NCBI GenBank assembly: GCA_963731405.1
Contig: CAVSVS010000018.1
Location: forward strand, 14,704 to 78,703
Direction: 5' to 3'
Origin: an uncultured Acidobacteriaceae bacterium
Lineage (GTDB): Bacteria; Acidobacteriota; Terriglobia; Terriglobales; Acidobacteriaceae
DNA length: 64,000 nt
This document shows, one piece after another, positions 9,748 through 19,178 of this stretch. The notes under the pieces are model-generated. The model saw only the letters and a program-made list of their open reading frames with translations, was not told the DNA's origin and did no database searches. How positions within the stretch are numbered: the stretch's first letter is position 1; the number at the start of each line of letters is the position of its first letter. Position numbers and translations under genes: made by a program.

Positions 9748-10530
9748 ATGCCACGAATCTTTAAGATGATTGAACAGCAGTTACGGCTGTTTCCCTTCTC
9801 TGAAGCGGGTGGAGGAGTACTCAGAAGGGCCAGGCATGCGTTGCTTTTACCATACCGGATCGTCAAGAGATATCGTCGAAGTTTGGCCGTCTGCAAAATC
9901 GTGGAGGGGGACGGATTTGATCTGGAACACAACATCGAAACGAGCGCGAGAATTCACGAGACCGATCTTGAAATCGCGGATCCAAACTGGATTCATGCTT
10001 CAGCCTATTTCCCGACGCCTAGCCGATTTCTGAAGGAAGCGCTTGTAGGGCTGGACATTCGATTCGAGGATTTCACGTTTGTCGATCTCGGGTCGGGAAA
10101 GGGCAGAGTCTTGTTCATGGCGTCCGAATTTCCTTTTCGTAAAATCATTGGAGTGGAACTTTCCCTGGAACTCCATGCCCTCTCCCGCCGAAATATAACT
10201 TCTTACAAGGGCGAGCAAAGGTGCAGTGATATTCATCCAGTCTGCATGGATTTCACCAAATTCGAGTTTCCCGAAGAGCCTCTATTTATTTTCCTCTATA
10301 ACCCAGCCTCGCCCTACCTCACAAACGTCGTAGCGCGAAACCTTATGCGCTCACTGAACAAGCGTCCTCGCGAAGTGTGGATACTGTATGTGACTCCTTA
10401 CAAGGAAGTGTTTGGTGAAGCCCTGAACAGAGTGAGAGAAGGTGAATGCTTAGGACACCCCTATTGCCTCTATGCCATCGGGGTGCAACCGGGGGCAGTT
10501 CAACATAACCCGCTGAAACGGGCCTCCTAA
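9748..10530 (+). CDS. Class I SAM-dependent methyltransferase
   Basis: Motif I is FVDLGSGKGRVLFMA, followed by IIGVELS. The start was moved from 9673 to ATG 9748 (MPRIFKMIEQ). Confidence 0.75.
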   Translation: MPRIFKMIEQQLRLFPFSEAGGGVLRRARHALLLPYRIVKRYRRSLAVCKIVEGDGFDLEHNIETSARIHETDLEIADPNWIHASAYFPTPSRFLKEALVGLDIRFEDFTFVDLGSGKGRVLFMASEFPFRKIIGVELSLELHALSRRNITSYKGEQRCSDIHPVCMDFTKFEFPEEPLFIFLYNPASPYLTNVVARNLMRSLNKRPREVWILYVTPYKEVFGEALNRVREGECLGHPYCLYAIGVQPGAVQHNPLKRAS

Positions 10531-10798
10531 ATCCGGGGACAACCTCGGAGCAGTGCTTGCGTACAGCTATCGAGAACTGCAAGTCGGCGCATGGAGGTTT
10601 GAACACTGAGCTGAAGGCTACCCTTCACTGGCAGCTGTCGCTTTTGACAGTTCCGTCACTTCCCAAAAGCCTCGAGACTGTAACTGCTCGGCCCAGATGG
10701 AAGTCGCAGCCACCGTCGGTCAGAGCGACTGATCCCTCATTCGCGTGAGTCATTGCTTGTCCGCGCTTTCTGTTCCGATCGCCCAGGAGGCCTTCTCA

Positions 10799-11482
10799 AT
10801 GTCCGAAGCTGGAGGTTCCAATATCGAAATCGCTCAGCACCTCAGCGAGCACAGCCATCCATCGCAATCGTTGGGGCACCAGATACTGGAGATCGCCGAA
10901 GCGGCGGTGCTCGCTATTGTGGCCATCACTACTGCCTGGAGCGGCTATCAGGCAGCACTCTGGACCGGACATCAGGCGGAACTCTACGGCCAGGCGAGCA
11001 AGCTGCGAGTTCAGGCCGAGGGAGCGGCCAACTTCGCTAATCAGGAGCGTCTTTACAACGCCTCAACCGTGGTGGAGTGGCTGAACGCGAAGGCCCATGG
11101 CGACAAGAAACTCGCTGACTTTTTTGAACGTCGTTTTCTTCCCGAGTTTCGTCCCGCCTTTGAAGCGTGGACCAAGACGGACCCGCTCAACAACCCGAAT
11201 GCGCCCCCGGGTCCTCAGATGATGGCGGAATATAAGAATTCCAAGGCGGAAGAGGCCGCCAGGTTGAACGACCAGGCTACTGAGGCATTCGAGCAAGGCA
11301 CTCTCGACCGGCAGCGCTCCGACGAATATGTGCGAGTAACTGTGACGCTGGCGACCGTGCTACTGCTGATCGCGATCAGCCAGCGCTTCACGACTCGTGC
11401 GGTGCGCGTCGGCTTGCTCCTGCTCGCGACGTTTCTGCTGTGTTTTCCGGTCTACCGCATCTTTACCCTGCCGCGCGCCTAG
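10799..11482 (+). CDS. Membrane protein, DUF4337-like
   Basis: ATG 10799 is preceded by CAGGAGG. The architecture is an acidic/His N-terminus, a TM helix (AAVLAIVAITTAWSGY), a long helical region and a C-terminal TM pair. The family call is from memory of this architecture only. Confidence 0.6.
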   Translation: MSEAGGSNIEIAQHLSEHSHPSQSLGHQILEIAEAAVLAIVAITTAWSGYQAALWTGHQAELYGQASKLRVQAEGAANFANQERLYNASTVVEWLNAKAHGDKKLADFFERRFLPEFRPAFEAWTKTDPLNNPNAPPGPQMMAEYKNSKAEEAARLNDQATEAFEQGTLDRQRSDEYVRVTVTLATVLLLIAISQRFTTRAVRVGLLLLATFLLCFPVYRIFTLPRA

Positions 11483-11724
11483 ACTGGGCCGCAGTCCGGT
11501 CACGCCGAACTCCAGTGACGGCGCGAGGGCAACACACCGAGAACTCAGGCAACTCCTGGTTAGAACAATCGCCCCTGTTTATTCCTCTAAGATGCGGCGG
11601 TTCCGGAGCCCGCATCGCTACTTCTCTGCGGCGCTGGCCTCATAGGAGTCTGGCTCAGGCGCAAGAACGGCGAGAAGAACCACAATAGTTTATCGTTCCC
11701 GGTAAAGATCGCGACGATAAGAAG

Positions 11725-13167
11725 TCATTGCCGCCGCAGGTGAACTGCAATGATTTCCTCATTGCCATGGACCATGTATTTGTCCATCACACCATAGCCG
11801 TGACTTTCCAGATTTTGAAGTTCTGACCCCACGGTATCCGGACGGTATACAAGATAGAAATCCCGATCTTCAATCTGCTCGACCTCGCGCTTGTCTATGA
11901 GGTTTGTGGATACCCCGTAATACTGTAGCGGCGTCTGTTCGTGGCGTTCATATGTGTATACCAAGCTCTTCGAGGCTGCGAGGTAATGCGCCAGGGTATC
12001 CCAAGGTACCTTCCTGTCGGGCAGCATAGTGAACCATACCCCGGATAGAACCGCCCATGCTAACAACAAAGAGCCGATAACTTTTTTCGGAAGCGCTGAC
12101 ATTCCGGCAATACCCATAGCGACCAGCAGCAGGCAAGGCACAACCGCGGTGATGAGATACCGCGCACCGAACACCGATTGCTGCATCAGATAACTTGCCG
12201 CAATTGAGACAGCCGGCGGGAAAAAACCAAACAACGTCAGGAGCACAGTCAGATCACGTCGTTCCGGCCTGTACACCAGCGCAACCAGAACTGGAATTAG
12301 AAATAGAAGGAGTCCTAGAAGCGCCGTGTGGCGGATCGGTGGCTGGCCCTTCAGACTTTCGTAGAACCATAAGACATCGCGAAATCGAGGACGTTCCAAC
12401 ACCGACAACTTCTCGCTCAAACCATGCTTCCGTAGGGCCCGGCCAACCAGATACAGCCAAGGCAGATAGGTGAGTCCAATGCCAATGGTTGGTACCAGGA
12501 ACCTGAGCATGGTTGTCCAGTTCTTTTTACGGTTGCTCCACCACAACAAATACAGGACCTCGGTGCACACAAACAACACGCCATAGTAGTGCGAATAGGC
12601 TAGCAGGAAATTTGTTGCTGCGAGCCAAAACACGCCACCTATACCGTGAAGTAAGCGCCCGAACAGCCACAAGGAAGTGAGGCTGAGGCCGGCCAACAGG
12701 CTATACATCCTTAGTTCTTGTGAATAGTAGATTAGTAGCTCATTAAAGCTAATGAGCACCATTGCCAACGTCATTTCGAGCGGCGACAGCTTCCACTCGC
12801 GGAAGAGCAGGAGCAAGGGAACCAGCGTCGCGACCGAGATCAGAAATGGCAGCAGGCGCATCCAGAGCACGGAGGAGCCACCCACATAAATCCAGCTCTT
12901 CAGCAAGATATAGAAAAGCGGAGGGTGGACGATGTCGTCAGCGACTGCACGAAACATGCCCGGCCACGGCATTTTCGCGACCGTTACGCTGAAAACCTCG
13001 TCGTTCCATAAGGCGAAGTAGTTGAGATGATAGGAGCGAGTGACAAGGTAGAGAATGCCGGCTGTGATAAGAAGGATGGACCAGAATCTCGGACCGCGGC
13101 GCGACCCGCCCGATGCCTCCGTTGCGCTGAAGCAAGACACCGGATTTCCCTGTACTTGCGGGAACAT
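11725..13167 (-). CDS. ArnT/PMT-like (GT39/GT83-type) membrane glycosyltransferase
   Basis: Polytopic. The N-terminal loop FALWNDEVFSVTVAKMPWPGMF...DIVHPPLFYILLKSW is typical of dolichyl/undecaprenyl-phosphate-sugar-dependent glycosyltransferases. ATG 13165-13167 is preferred over the track's TTG at 13221. Confidence 0.8.
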   Translation of the reverse strand: MFPQVQGNPVSCFSATEASGGSRRGPRFWSILLITAGILYLVTRSYHLNYFALWNDEVFSVTVAKMPWPGMFRAVADDIVHPPLFYILLKSWIYVGGSSVLWMRLLPFLISVATLVPLLLLFREWKLSPLEMTLAMVLISFNELLIYYSQELRMYSLLAGLSLTSLWLFGRLLHGIGGVFWLAATNFLLAYSHYYGVLFVCTEVLYLLWWSNRKKNWTTMLRFLVPTIGIGLTYLPWLYLVGRALRKHGLSEKLSVLERPRFRDVLWFYESLKGQPPIRHTALLGLLLFLIPVLVALVYRPERRDLTVLLTLFGFFPPAVSIAASYLMQQSVFGARYLITAVVPCLLLVAMGIAGMSALPKKVIGSLLLAWAVLSGVWFTMLPDRKVPWDTLAHYLAASKSLVYTYERHEQTPLQYYGVSTNLIDKREVEQIEDRDFYLVYRPDTVGSELQNLESHGYGVMDKYMVHGNEEIIAVHLRRQ

Positions 13168-13379
13168 GATGCACGCCCTGGCAGCAGCAAGTCTGTCGGA
13201 GGCTTTGCAGAAGTGGAACAACTGGGGCTTCCAGAAACTCCGACAGCATAACTCAGCATACTACTGAACACAATAGGGCGCGTAGCGTTCGCAGACGTCA
13301 ATCTGTCAGGATGAGTTATCGATTGATTGCGCCGGCTGTAAACAATCTAAGATCAGCGATTCAGCGAGGAACGAGTCGG

Positions 13380-15101
13380 TCATTTCTGATAGACGGTCGA
13401 GCCTCCGGTGACCGTGCGGACAATCTCGATATCTTTGATTTTCTCTTTGCTCACGGTGTGCGGATCATCCGCGAGTACGACGAAGTCTGCCAGTTTGCCT
13501 GGTGTAATCGATCCTTTGATGGCTTCCTCATGGGAGTTGTACGCACCGTTGATGGTATTGACCTGCACGGCTTCCTCTACACTGATCCGCTGGTTGGCGC
13601 CCCAGGTCTCTCCGTTCCAGCCGGTGCGCGTCACCATGCCCTGAATGCCCATTAGAGCGGCGAAAGGACCGGGGCTGAAGTCGGACCCGGCCGCGGCTCG
13701 AATTCCGGCGTCAAGAAAAGAACGGTACGCCATGCTCCGCTTCATCCGTTCTTCGCCATAAAAATGAAATTTGTCAGAGTTGTAGTACGCATAGGTGGTG
13801 AAAGGAGCCGGGACGACGCCGAGGGCCTTCATGCGCCGCAGAAGATCGTCATTGATTAGCGTGCAGTGAGTGATCTTGGGGCGCACGTCCGGACGAGGTG
13901 CGGCCTGCTGTGCCCGCTCGTAGGCGGTCAGCACCATGTCGATGGCCACATCACCATTGGCGTGACAGTTCGGCTGAATGCCCGCTCGCTGTACCCGCTC
14001 CGCCCAGGCATTGAGATCTTGTTGCGTCTCGGTAATGTTGCCTTTGTAAGGAGGATTGGTGCCCTCATAGGGCTGGCTCAAGGCCATGGTGCGCTCGGAG
14101 AACGATCCATCGGCGACGTGCTCCGAGGTTGCGCCGAAGCGGATCCACTCGTCTCCGAAGCCGCTGCAGATCCCGTTCTTGATCATCGCCTCTAACATAT
14201 CCCCTCTAGTCTCAAAGCTCACGCGATGCAGCAGTTCGCCACGCGCCCGCACCTGCTGGAGCGTAAACAAATTATCGTCTTCGTGGTGGACGCTCGTCAG
14301 GCCATAACGAACGAACTGTTTGGAGATGTAGGCCAGCCCGTCGCGCTCACGCTGTTCGTTCTGTTCTGCCGTGAACGTCTCCCGCTTGCCTATGTTGTCG
14401 AATACGTCTCGGGCGCGATCGGTAACTCGTCCGTTCAGTTCGCCGTTTTCGTCGTGGTCGTAAGTTCCACCCATGCGGTTGGGAGTGTCTTTGGTTACTC
14501 CCGCCAACTGCAAGGCTTTGCTGTTATAGAAGGACGTGTGGCCGCCGCGATGGTGGACGCATACGGGATGTTCCTTTGAGACCTGGTCGAGATCATGAAC
14601 GTTAAGCAGGCGGCTGTCCTTGACCTTCGTGTCGTCGAAGAAGTATCCGTCGATCCAAAAGCCCACTGGAGTCTTCTGCGCTTGGGCGCGAAGTTTATCG
14701 ATGATGCTGGCGATGGTGACGAACTCGACGTCATAGGGATTGCCGACGAGGACTTCATAGAGAAGGACGTCGCCGCCGGCGTGATTGTGGCAATCGATGA
14801 ATCCGGGCAGGATCGTCATCTGCTTTGCATCGGAGGTCTGCGTCCCCTTGCCGATGAACACCTTCGCCTCTGCTGTGCTCCCCACGTAGACGAACCTACC
14901 GCCCTTGATCGCAAAGGCCTCGGCTTTTGGCATCCGGGAATCGACGGTGTGGATGTTGGCATTGAAAAAGACGAGATCGGCGTGACGCGGATCGGCGTCA
15001 GAGCTTTGTGTTTCTCCGAATGCGTTCCTGCCGAGAAGGCTGCCGGCGGCCAAGCCGGTCATGCCCAGGAATTCCCGACGACTGTGACGTTGTTTACTCA
15101 T
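13380..15101 (-). CDS. Amidohydrolase family protein (YtcJ-like, amidohydrolase_3) with a Tat signal
   Basis: 573 aa. It has the Tat-like signal SRREFLGMTGLAAGSLLG, the metal-binding motif IDCHNHAGG and NCHANGD. Confidence 0.9.
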   Translation of the reverse strand: MSKQRHSRREFLGMTGLAAGSLLGRNAFGETQSSDADPRHADLVFFNANIHTVDSRMPKAEAFAIKGGRFVYVGSTAEAKVFIGKGTQTSDAKQMTILPGFIDCHNHAGGDVLLYEVLVGNPYDVEFVTIASIIDKLRAQAQKTPVGFWIDGYFFDDTKVKDSRLLNVHDLDQVSKEHPVCVHHRGGHTSFYNSKALQLAGVTKDTPNRMGGTYDHDENGELNGRVTDRARDVFDNIGKRETFTAEQNEQRERDGLAYISKQFVRYGLTSVHHEDDNLFTLQQVRARGELLHRVSFETRGDMLEAMIKNGICSGFGDEWIRFGATSEHVADGSFSERTMALSQPYEGTNPPYKGNITETQQDLNAWAERVQRAGIQPNCHANGDVAIDMVLTAYERAQQAAPRPDVRPKITHCTLINDDLLRRMKALGVVPAPFTTYAYYNSDKFHFYGEERMKRSMAYRSFLDAGIRAAAGSDFSPGPFAALMGIQGMVTRTGWNGETWGANQRISVEEAVQVNTINGAYNSHEEAIKGSITPGKLADFVVLADDPHTVSKEKIKDIEIVRTVTGGSTVYQK

Positions 15102-15228
15102 CGTTTCTCCTCGCCAAGTGTACCCGAACCGGAAAAGCGCCCGCCGAGGAGAGCGAGAAATTGATGACGATATATCTCGGATTTAGACTCAGCGACTGGG
15201 CGCGAGCGCGATCGACCTATACCGTCCC

Positions 15229-15271
15229 AAAAACGAAAGCGCCCGAAACTCTTTCGAGTCGCGGGGCGCTT
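15229..15271 (-). terminator. Rho-independent terminator candidate for the minus strand
   Basis: The minus-strand RNA reads AAGCGCCC-19 nt-GGGCGCTT followed by TCGTTTTT. The outer stem is a perfect 8 bp (15237-15244 with 15264-15271), with an inner GACTC/GAGTT helix. Confidence 0.55.
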
Positions 15272-15666
15272 CGCTGAACAGCCCTCCCCCAAGTGCTGCT
15301 CAATTCCAAATTAATCCTAGTAATGATTTTCGTGAATAGCTCCCGCGTGCCATTCGACGGCACTGCCGGGCCAGCGGCGCTAGCTTGAGGATAAAGTCAT
15401 CGGTGCGCGACTTCTGACCTTCACCTGCGAGCGCGACCTTCCCCAAATACATCGACCTCATCGACGTTAGTCTTGAGTACTCTCCGCAGAATCCACTTTT
15501 TTGATTTCAGTTGGCCGACCAACAAGGGTGCCCGTCGTTAAGAACGAAAGCTGTGCCAAAGGCATGTTGTTCTGGGTGGCCGAAGAGGAACCATGCTCCT
15601 GCACGGTTTCCGTTCGGCCTGAGTCACATTTTCGGAGTGGACCGCCGTTGCCGTGGCCCACTACAG

Positions 15667-16518
15667 TTACTGACCTTCTACTCCTTTCATAATCACCGAA
15701 GCAGCGCCTGACTGAACTTGGGCAACGCCGCCCACAAAGATGTCCCCGGAAGGGAAGGCGAGCACAGCGTTTCCGGCGACGCCAGAAAATTCAGTCGGCG
15801 CCGGATTCACGGTCCACGCAGTGCCGTTCCAATGCTCAACCAGAGCGGGAACCTCGCCACCGACATCGCCGCAAAGAAAACATCCTGTCGCCCAAATATC
15901 AGTCGGCGAAATGGCGCTGATGTCGTTCAATCGGCCGGTATTGCCGTTGTTGGGACTGGTGACGACGCTCCAGGAAACGCCATCCCAGTGTTCAATGATG
16001 GAGCCGGCTGGTATCTGATCTCCCACCGCCCATACGTCGTTCGTAGAGAGGGCGGCGACACCGAACAGAACGGCGACTGGGGCGGTGACGCGTTTCCATT
16101 GCTTGCCGTTGAAATGCATGGTCAGCGCAGCCGTTGCCGTGCCGCCGACGGCCCAAGTGTCCGACGGAGTAACAACCGCAATGTCAAACAGTTCGCCACT
16201 GGTAATACGCGGCACCGGTACCACGCTCCAGGCGGTTCCGTCGAAGTGCTCGACCAGCGGAATCCGATTGTTAAGATTGTCCGGCGTCTCGCCCACCGCA
16301 AAAATGTTGTTGGTCGAAATGGCTTTCAGCGAGTGGAGGGTTTCCCCGGCTGCAAAGTGCGGGCTGGATACAACGGTCCACTTCGTGCCGTTGAAATGTT
16401 GGATCTGTGAAAGTTTTACGTTCGTTTGTTGCCCCACTGCCCAAACATTGGAAGAGGAAAGAACGCTGACCTTGGCGATTTGGCCTTCATAACGGGATCG
16501 TCTTTGGGGGATCGCCAC
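15667..16518 (-). CDS. Six-blade beta-propeller repeat protein with no signal peptide
   Basis: 283 aa. About six repeats follow the pattern (V/I)EH(W/F)(N/D)GTxWxxV...S..D(V/I)WAVG. The GTG start follows a TAA six codons upstream (three codons upstream of TAA also give no earlier start). Confidence 0.7.
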   Translation of the reverse strand: MAIPQRRSRYEGQIAKVSVLSSSNVWAVGQQTNVKLSQIQHFNGTKWTVVSSPHFAAGETLHSLKAISTNNIFAVGETPDNLNNRIPLVEHFDGTAWSVVPVPRITSGELFDIAVVTPSDTWAVGGTATAALTMHFNGKQWKRVTAPVAVLFGVAALSTNDVWAVGDQIPAGSIIEHWDGVSWSVVTSPNNGNTGRLNDISAISPTDIWATGCFLCGDVGGEVPALVEHWNGTAWTVNPAPTEFSGVAGNAVLAFPSGDIFVGGVAQVQSGAASVIMKGVEGQ

Positions 16519-16614
16519 TGAATATTTTTGAGATTAAGCCCTAGTCTCGGAGATCGGACTGCGTGCCACATCCGAGGGCTATACGAAGCGTCGCACTCCG
16601 GAGCATCCGAATAG

Positions 16615-18303
16615 TCACTGGAGCTGTTGCAGCTTGGCCAAGGAATCATCGCAGCGGGCGAGTTCGAGGTTCACTTCCCGCATTACCTGCCCCTGTGCTG
16701 GCGGCAGTTTGCCGGCCTTGCTCAATTCCACCCACAAGTCCTGGCTGCGCTGGTACAGGGATCTGGCTTTCGTCCAATTCTCCAGACGCGTCGCAGACGC
16801 TCCCTCTTCTCCGGCCATACGCACATACAGCCGCGCCTCGTTGGTCAGCGCGTCCGCCAGAGCGACGCGATATTGGGCATTACTCGCATCCGAAACGGTC
16901 AGGTGTTCCAGTAGTTCGATGGCGGCATTGTATTGCTGCAGCGCGTCCGCGGGGTGACGGGGTCCGAGTGCTTTCGCAAGATGGGCATAACATTCCGCGA
17001 GCGCACCCCGGTTCATGCCGCTGTTGGGGCTTTTCTCTAGCAAAGTGAGACGCGCGGCAACCGCCTTTCGATAGTATTTAACGGCAGACTTCTTATCTCC
17101 GCTATCCAAAAGGCAATTGGCAAGCAGCGTGTAGCTGTTGGCGAGATGATTGTAGAGAAGGACGTGACTCGCATCCTTCGCCATCAACCATTCCTGCCGC
17201 GCCACCCCGCTCCTTAAAATGACCAAGGCTTCTCGGGTCTGGCCCAGTTTTCCCAATGCCGATCCGACTTTGGTCTCGCTGAACGACAAATCCAGGACGG
17301 CTTGAGAGTTACCGGGATCCACGGCGGTAAGGTCGCGATCGATATCCAGGGCACTGCGGTATTGCGTTAGCGCTCCCCGCACATCTTTGGTCCGCATCAG
17401 AACGTCACCAATCTGTTTGTGCGCAAGCGACCGGTTCCGTCGCGCTTGCACGTCTTTTCGATCGGCCGCGCTGAGCGACTCAAACAGACTGAGTTCTTGC
17501 TTGAAGTGTGCCAGAGCCGAGGCAAGGTCACCCGCTGCCACCAGCGACAATCCAACGTTGTGATGTGAAAAGGCCAACTGTCGTCGATAATGTGCGTTGT
17601 TCGGATCAAGCCTGGCGAGTTCTTCGCGGATCGCCAATCCCTTCCGACGATTCTCCAGCGCTCCTGCAGTGTCGCCCCTCTCTTGAAGAACGTTTCCCAG
17701 GCCATCGAGACTCGTCGCCAGGTGTATCTTGCCCTCGTGGTCCGAGGAATTGGTTGCGATGATTCGCTGGCTCAGTTCCACCGCTTGCCGGTATTCGGCG
17801 GTCGATTGGTCCAGGACACCGGTCAAGTTCAGCAGGTTCGCATAGTGATACGTCTGGATCACTCGTTCCGTTTGAAACTGAGCATCGTTCGCGAGGTTTC
17901 CGGCGAGACTTTCGTAGATCTTCAGCGCCTCACCGGAATGTGCAACTGCTCCTGCCGTATCGACTGAAGAGTCGAGCACATCGCTGATCTGCTGATGGGC
18001 CCCCGCAAGCGCCAGTTGCACCTGCTGATTGTCCGGTTCCACGCTGGCCAATGATTCCAGAATCGCCAGCGCCTTCGTCGAACTCTCCAAGGCGCCTTTG
18101 GAGTCCCCCAAATTGGGATACATGGGATCGCCTTGAACCTCGGCGACTTTTTGGTATGCAGTGGCGATCTCCAACTGGAGCGAGCGGTCCCCGCGTGCCT
18201 CCGCGGCCAGGCCGTCCAAATATTCCAGAGCGCGTTTCACAACCAGCGCGCGTGCCGGCGTCGATCCCGGAAGGTTTTTGATCGCTTCGTCAAACTCAAA
18301 CAA
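16615..18303 (-). CDS. Tetratricopeptide-repeat protein
   Basis: 562 aa with many TPR-like units (AxxxxxxA/L...G...A). The only start near the 5' end is TTG at 18301-18303, with an in-frame TGA four codons upstream. Confidence 0.8.
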   Translation of the reverse strand: MFEFDEAIKNLPGSTPARALVVKRALEYLDGLAAEARGDRSLQLEIATAYQKVAEVQGDPMYPNLGDSKGALESSTKALAILESLASVEPDNQQVQLALAGAHQQISDVLDSSVDTAGAVAHSGEALKIYESLAGNLANDAQFQTERVIQTYHYANLLNLTGVLDQSTAEYRQAVELSQRIIATNSSDHEGKIHLATSLDGLGNVLQERGDTAGALENRRKGLAIREELARLDPNNAHYRRQLAFSHHNVGLSLVAAGDLASALAHFKQELSLFESLSAADRKDVQARRNRSLAHKQIGDVLMRTKDVRGALTQYRSALDIDRDLTAVDPGNSQAVLDLSFSETKVGSALGKLGQTREALVILRSGVARQEWLMAKDASHVLLYNHLANSYTLLANCLLDSGDKKSAVKYYRKAVAARLTLLEKSPNSGMNRGALAECYAHLAKALGPRHPADALQQYNAAIELLEHLTVSDASNAQYRVALADALTNEARLYVRMAGEEGASATRLENWTKARSLYQRSQDLWVELSKAGKLPPAQGQVMREVNLELARCDDSLAKLQQLQ

Positions 18304-18587
18304 GAAAGAATATCACTCGATAAACTTGCACAAAAGCCCCACGCTGTAGCGGCGCAAGAGCCTCATCTTTTATATTGCGCGCAAGCGATATTACAACAGC
18401 TATACCGGAGGAGTGCATCTGGGCCTCATAACGAGGCTCGAAGCAAGGGGATTGCTGCAGTGGTTTGTTGGATGCGCTGCCTGTAGTGGTCCTAGCGGTT
18501 TCTCTCAAAAGCTATCGAGCACGTGGCCGGGCAAATAACGGAACCATCGCCGCCAGAGATTTGCCAAACGACAGGTAGAATGCCGAC

Positions 18588-19118
18588 ATGAAAGCAATCC
18601 CTTTGCGGGTTCAGTTGATTCTCGTGGCCGCAAGTTACGCCGCAGTGCTGGCGACTGCGACCCTGCTGGTTCTTGGGCGTTACATACTGTATGTCCGCCA
18701 TCCGCAAGACGTAGCAGCGTCGGGCGGGATGTATGCGGCCGGCGACTGGATGCTGGGAATCCTCTTCGGATGTATGCTACTCGTTCCCACTTTTCTCCTG
18801 GCGCTGGTTATCCGCAACTCCGAGAACCTCTACATCCGATATTCCAAAATCATGGTCGGCTTGAGCCTCACAGCGCCGCTTTGTCTGGGAGTGCTCAGTA
18901 TTCCCGCAGTCGCCCAAGGGACGATGGTCCTCGGATGGATCTGCCTTGGGCGGTTGTTGGGCTCGCCAATCGTGATCGTAGGGTTGGGATTCAGCCGGCT
19001 GCTGGCGCACTTTGACCAGGCAAAACGTCTGACTCTGTATGCGCTGCTGATCGAGACTCTGACCCTGGTTCTCATGGCAGCGCTGTTTCTATTCATGGCG
19101 AGACCTCACCCGGGCTAG
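18588..19118 (+). CDS. Hypothetical membrane protein
   Basis: 176 aa with 5-6 hydrophobic helices. I recognise no domain. Confidence 0.65.
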   Translation: MKAIPLRVQLILVAASYAAVLATATLLVLGRYILYVRHPQDVAASGGMYAAGDWMLGILFGCMLLVPTFLLALVIRNSENLYIRYSKIMVGLSLTAPLCLGVLSIPAVAQGTMVLGWICLGRLLGSPIVIVGLGFSRLLAHFDQAKRLTLYALLIETLTLVLMAALFLFMARPHPG

Positions 19119-19178
19119 GCAATGAGCGCTCTACGGTTTGCGATGGTTCACTCTCGGTTTGCCCGTAATACAGGCGTT

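Noticed and set aside
15718-16410. 230-aa plus-strand ORF
   Set aside because: It is antisense to the repeat-rich propeller gene. It is Arg/Gly-rich.
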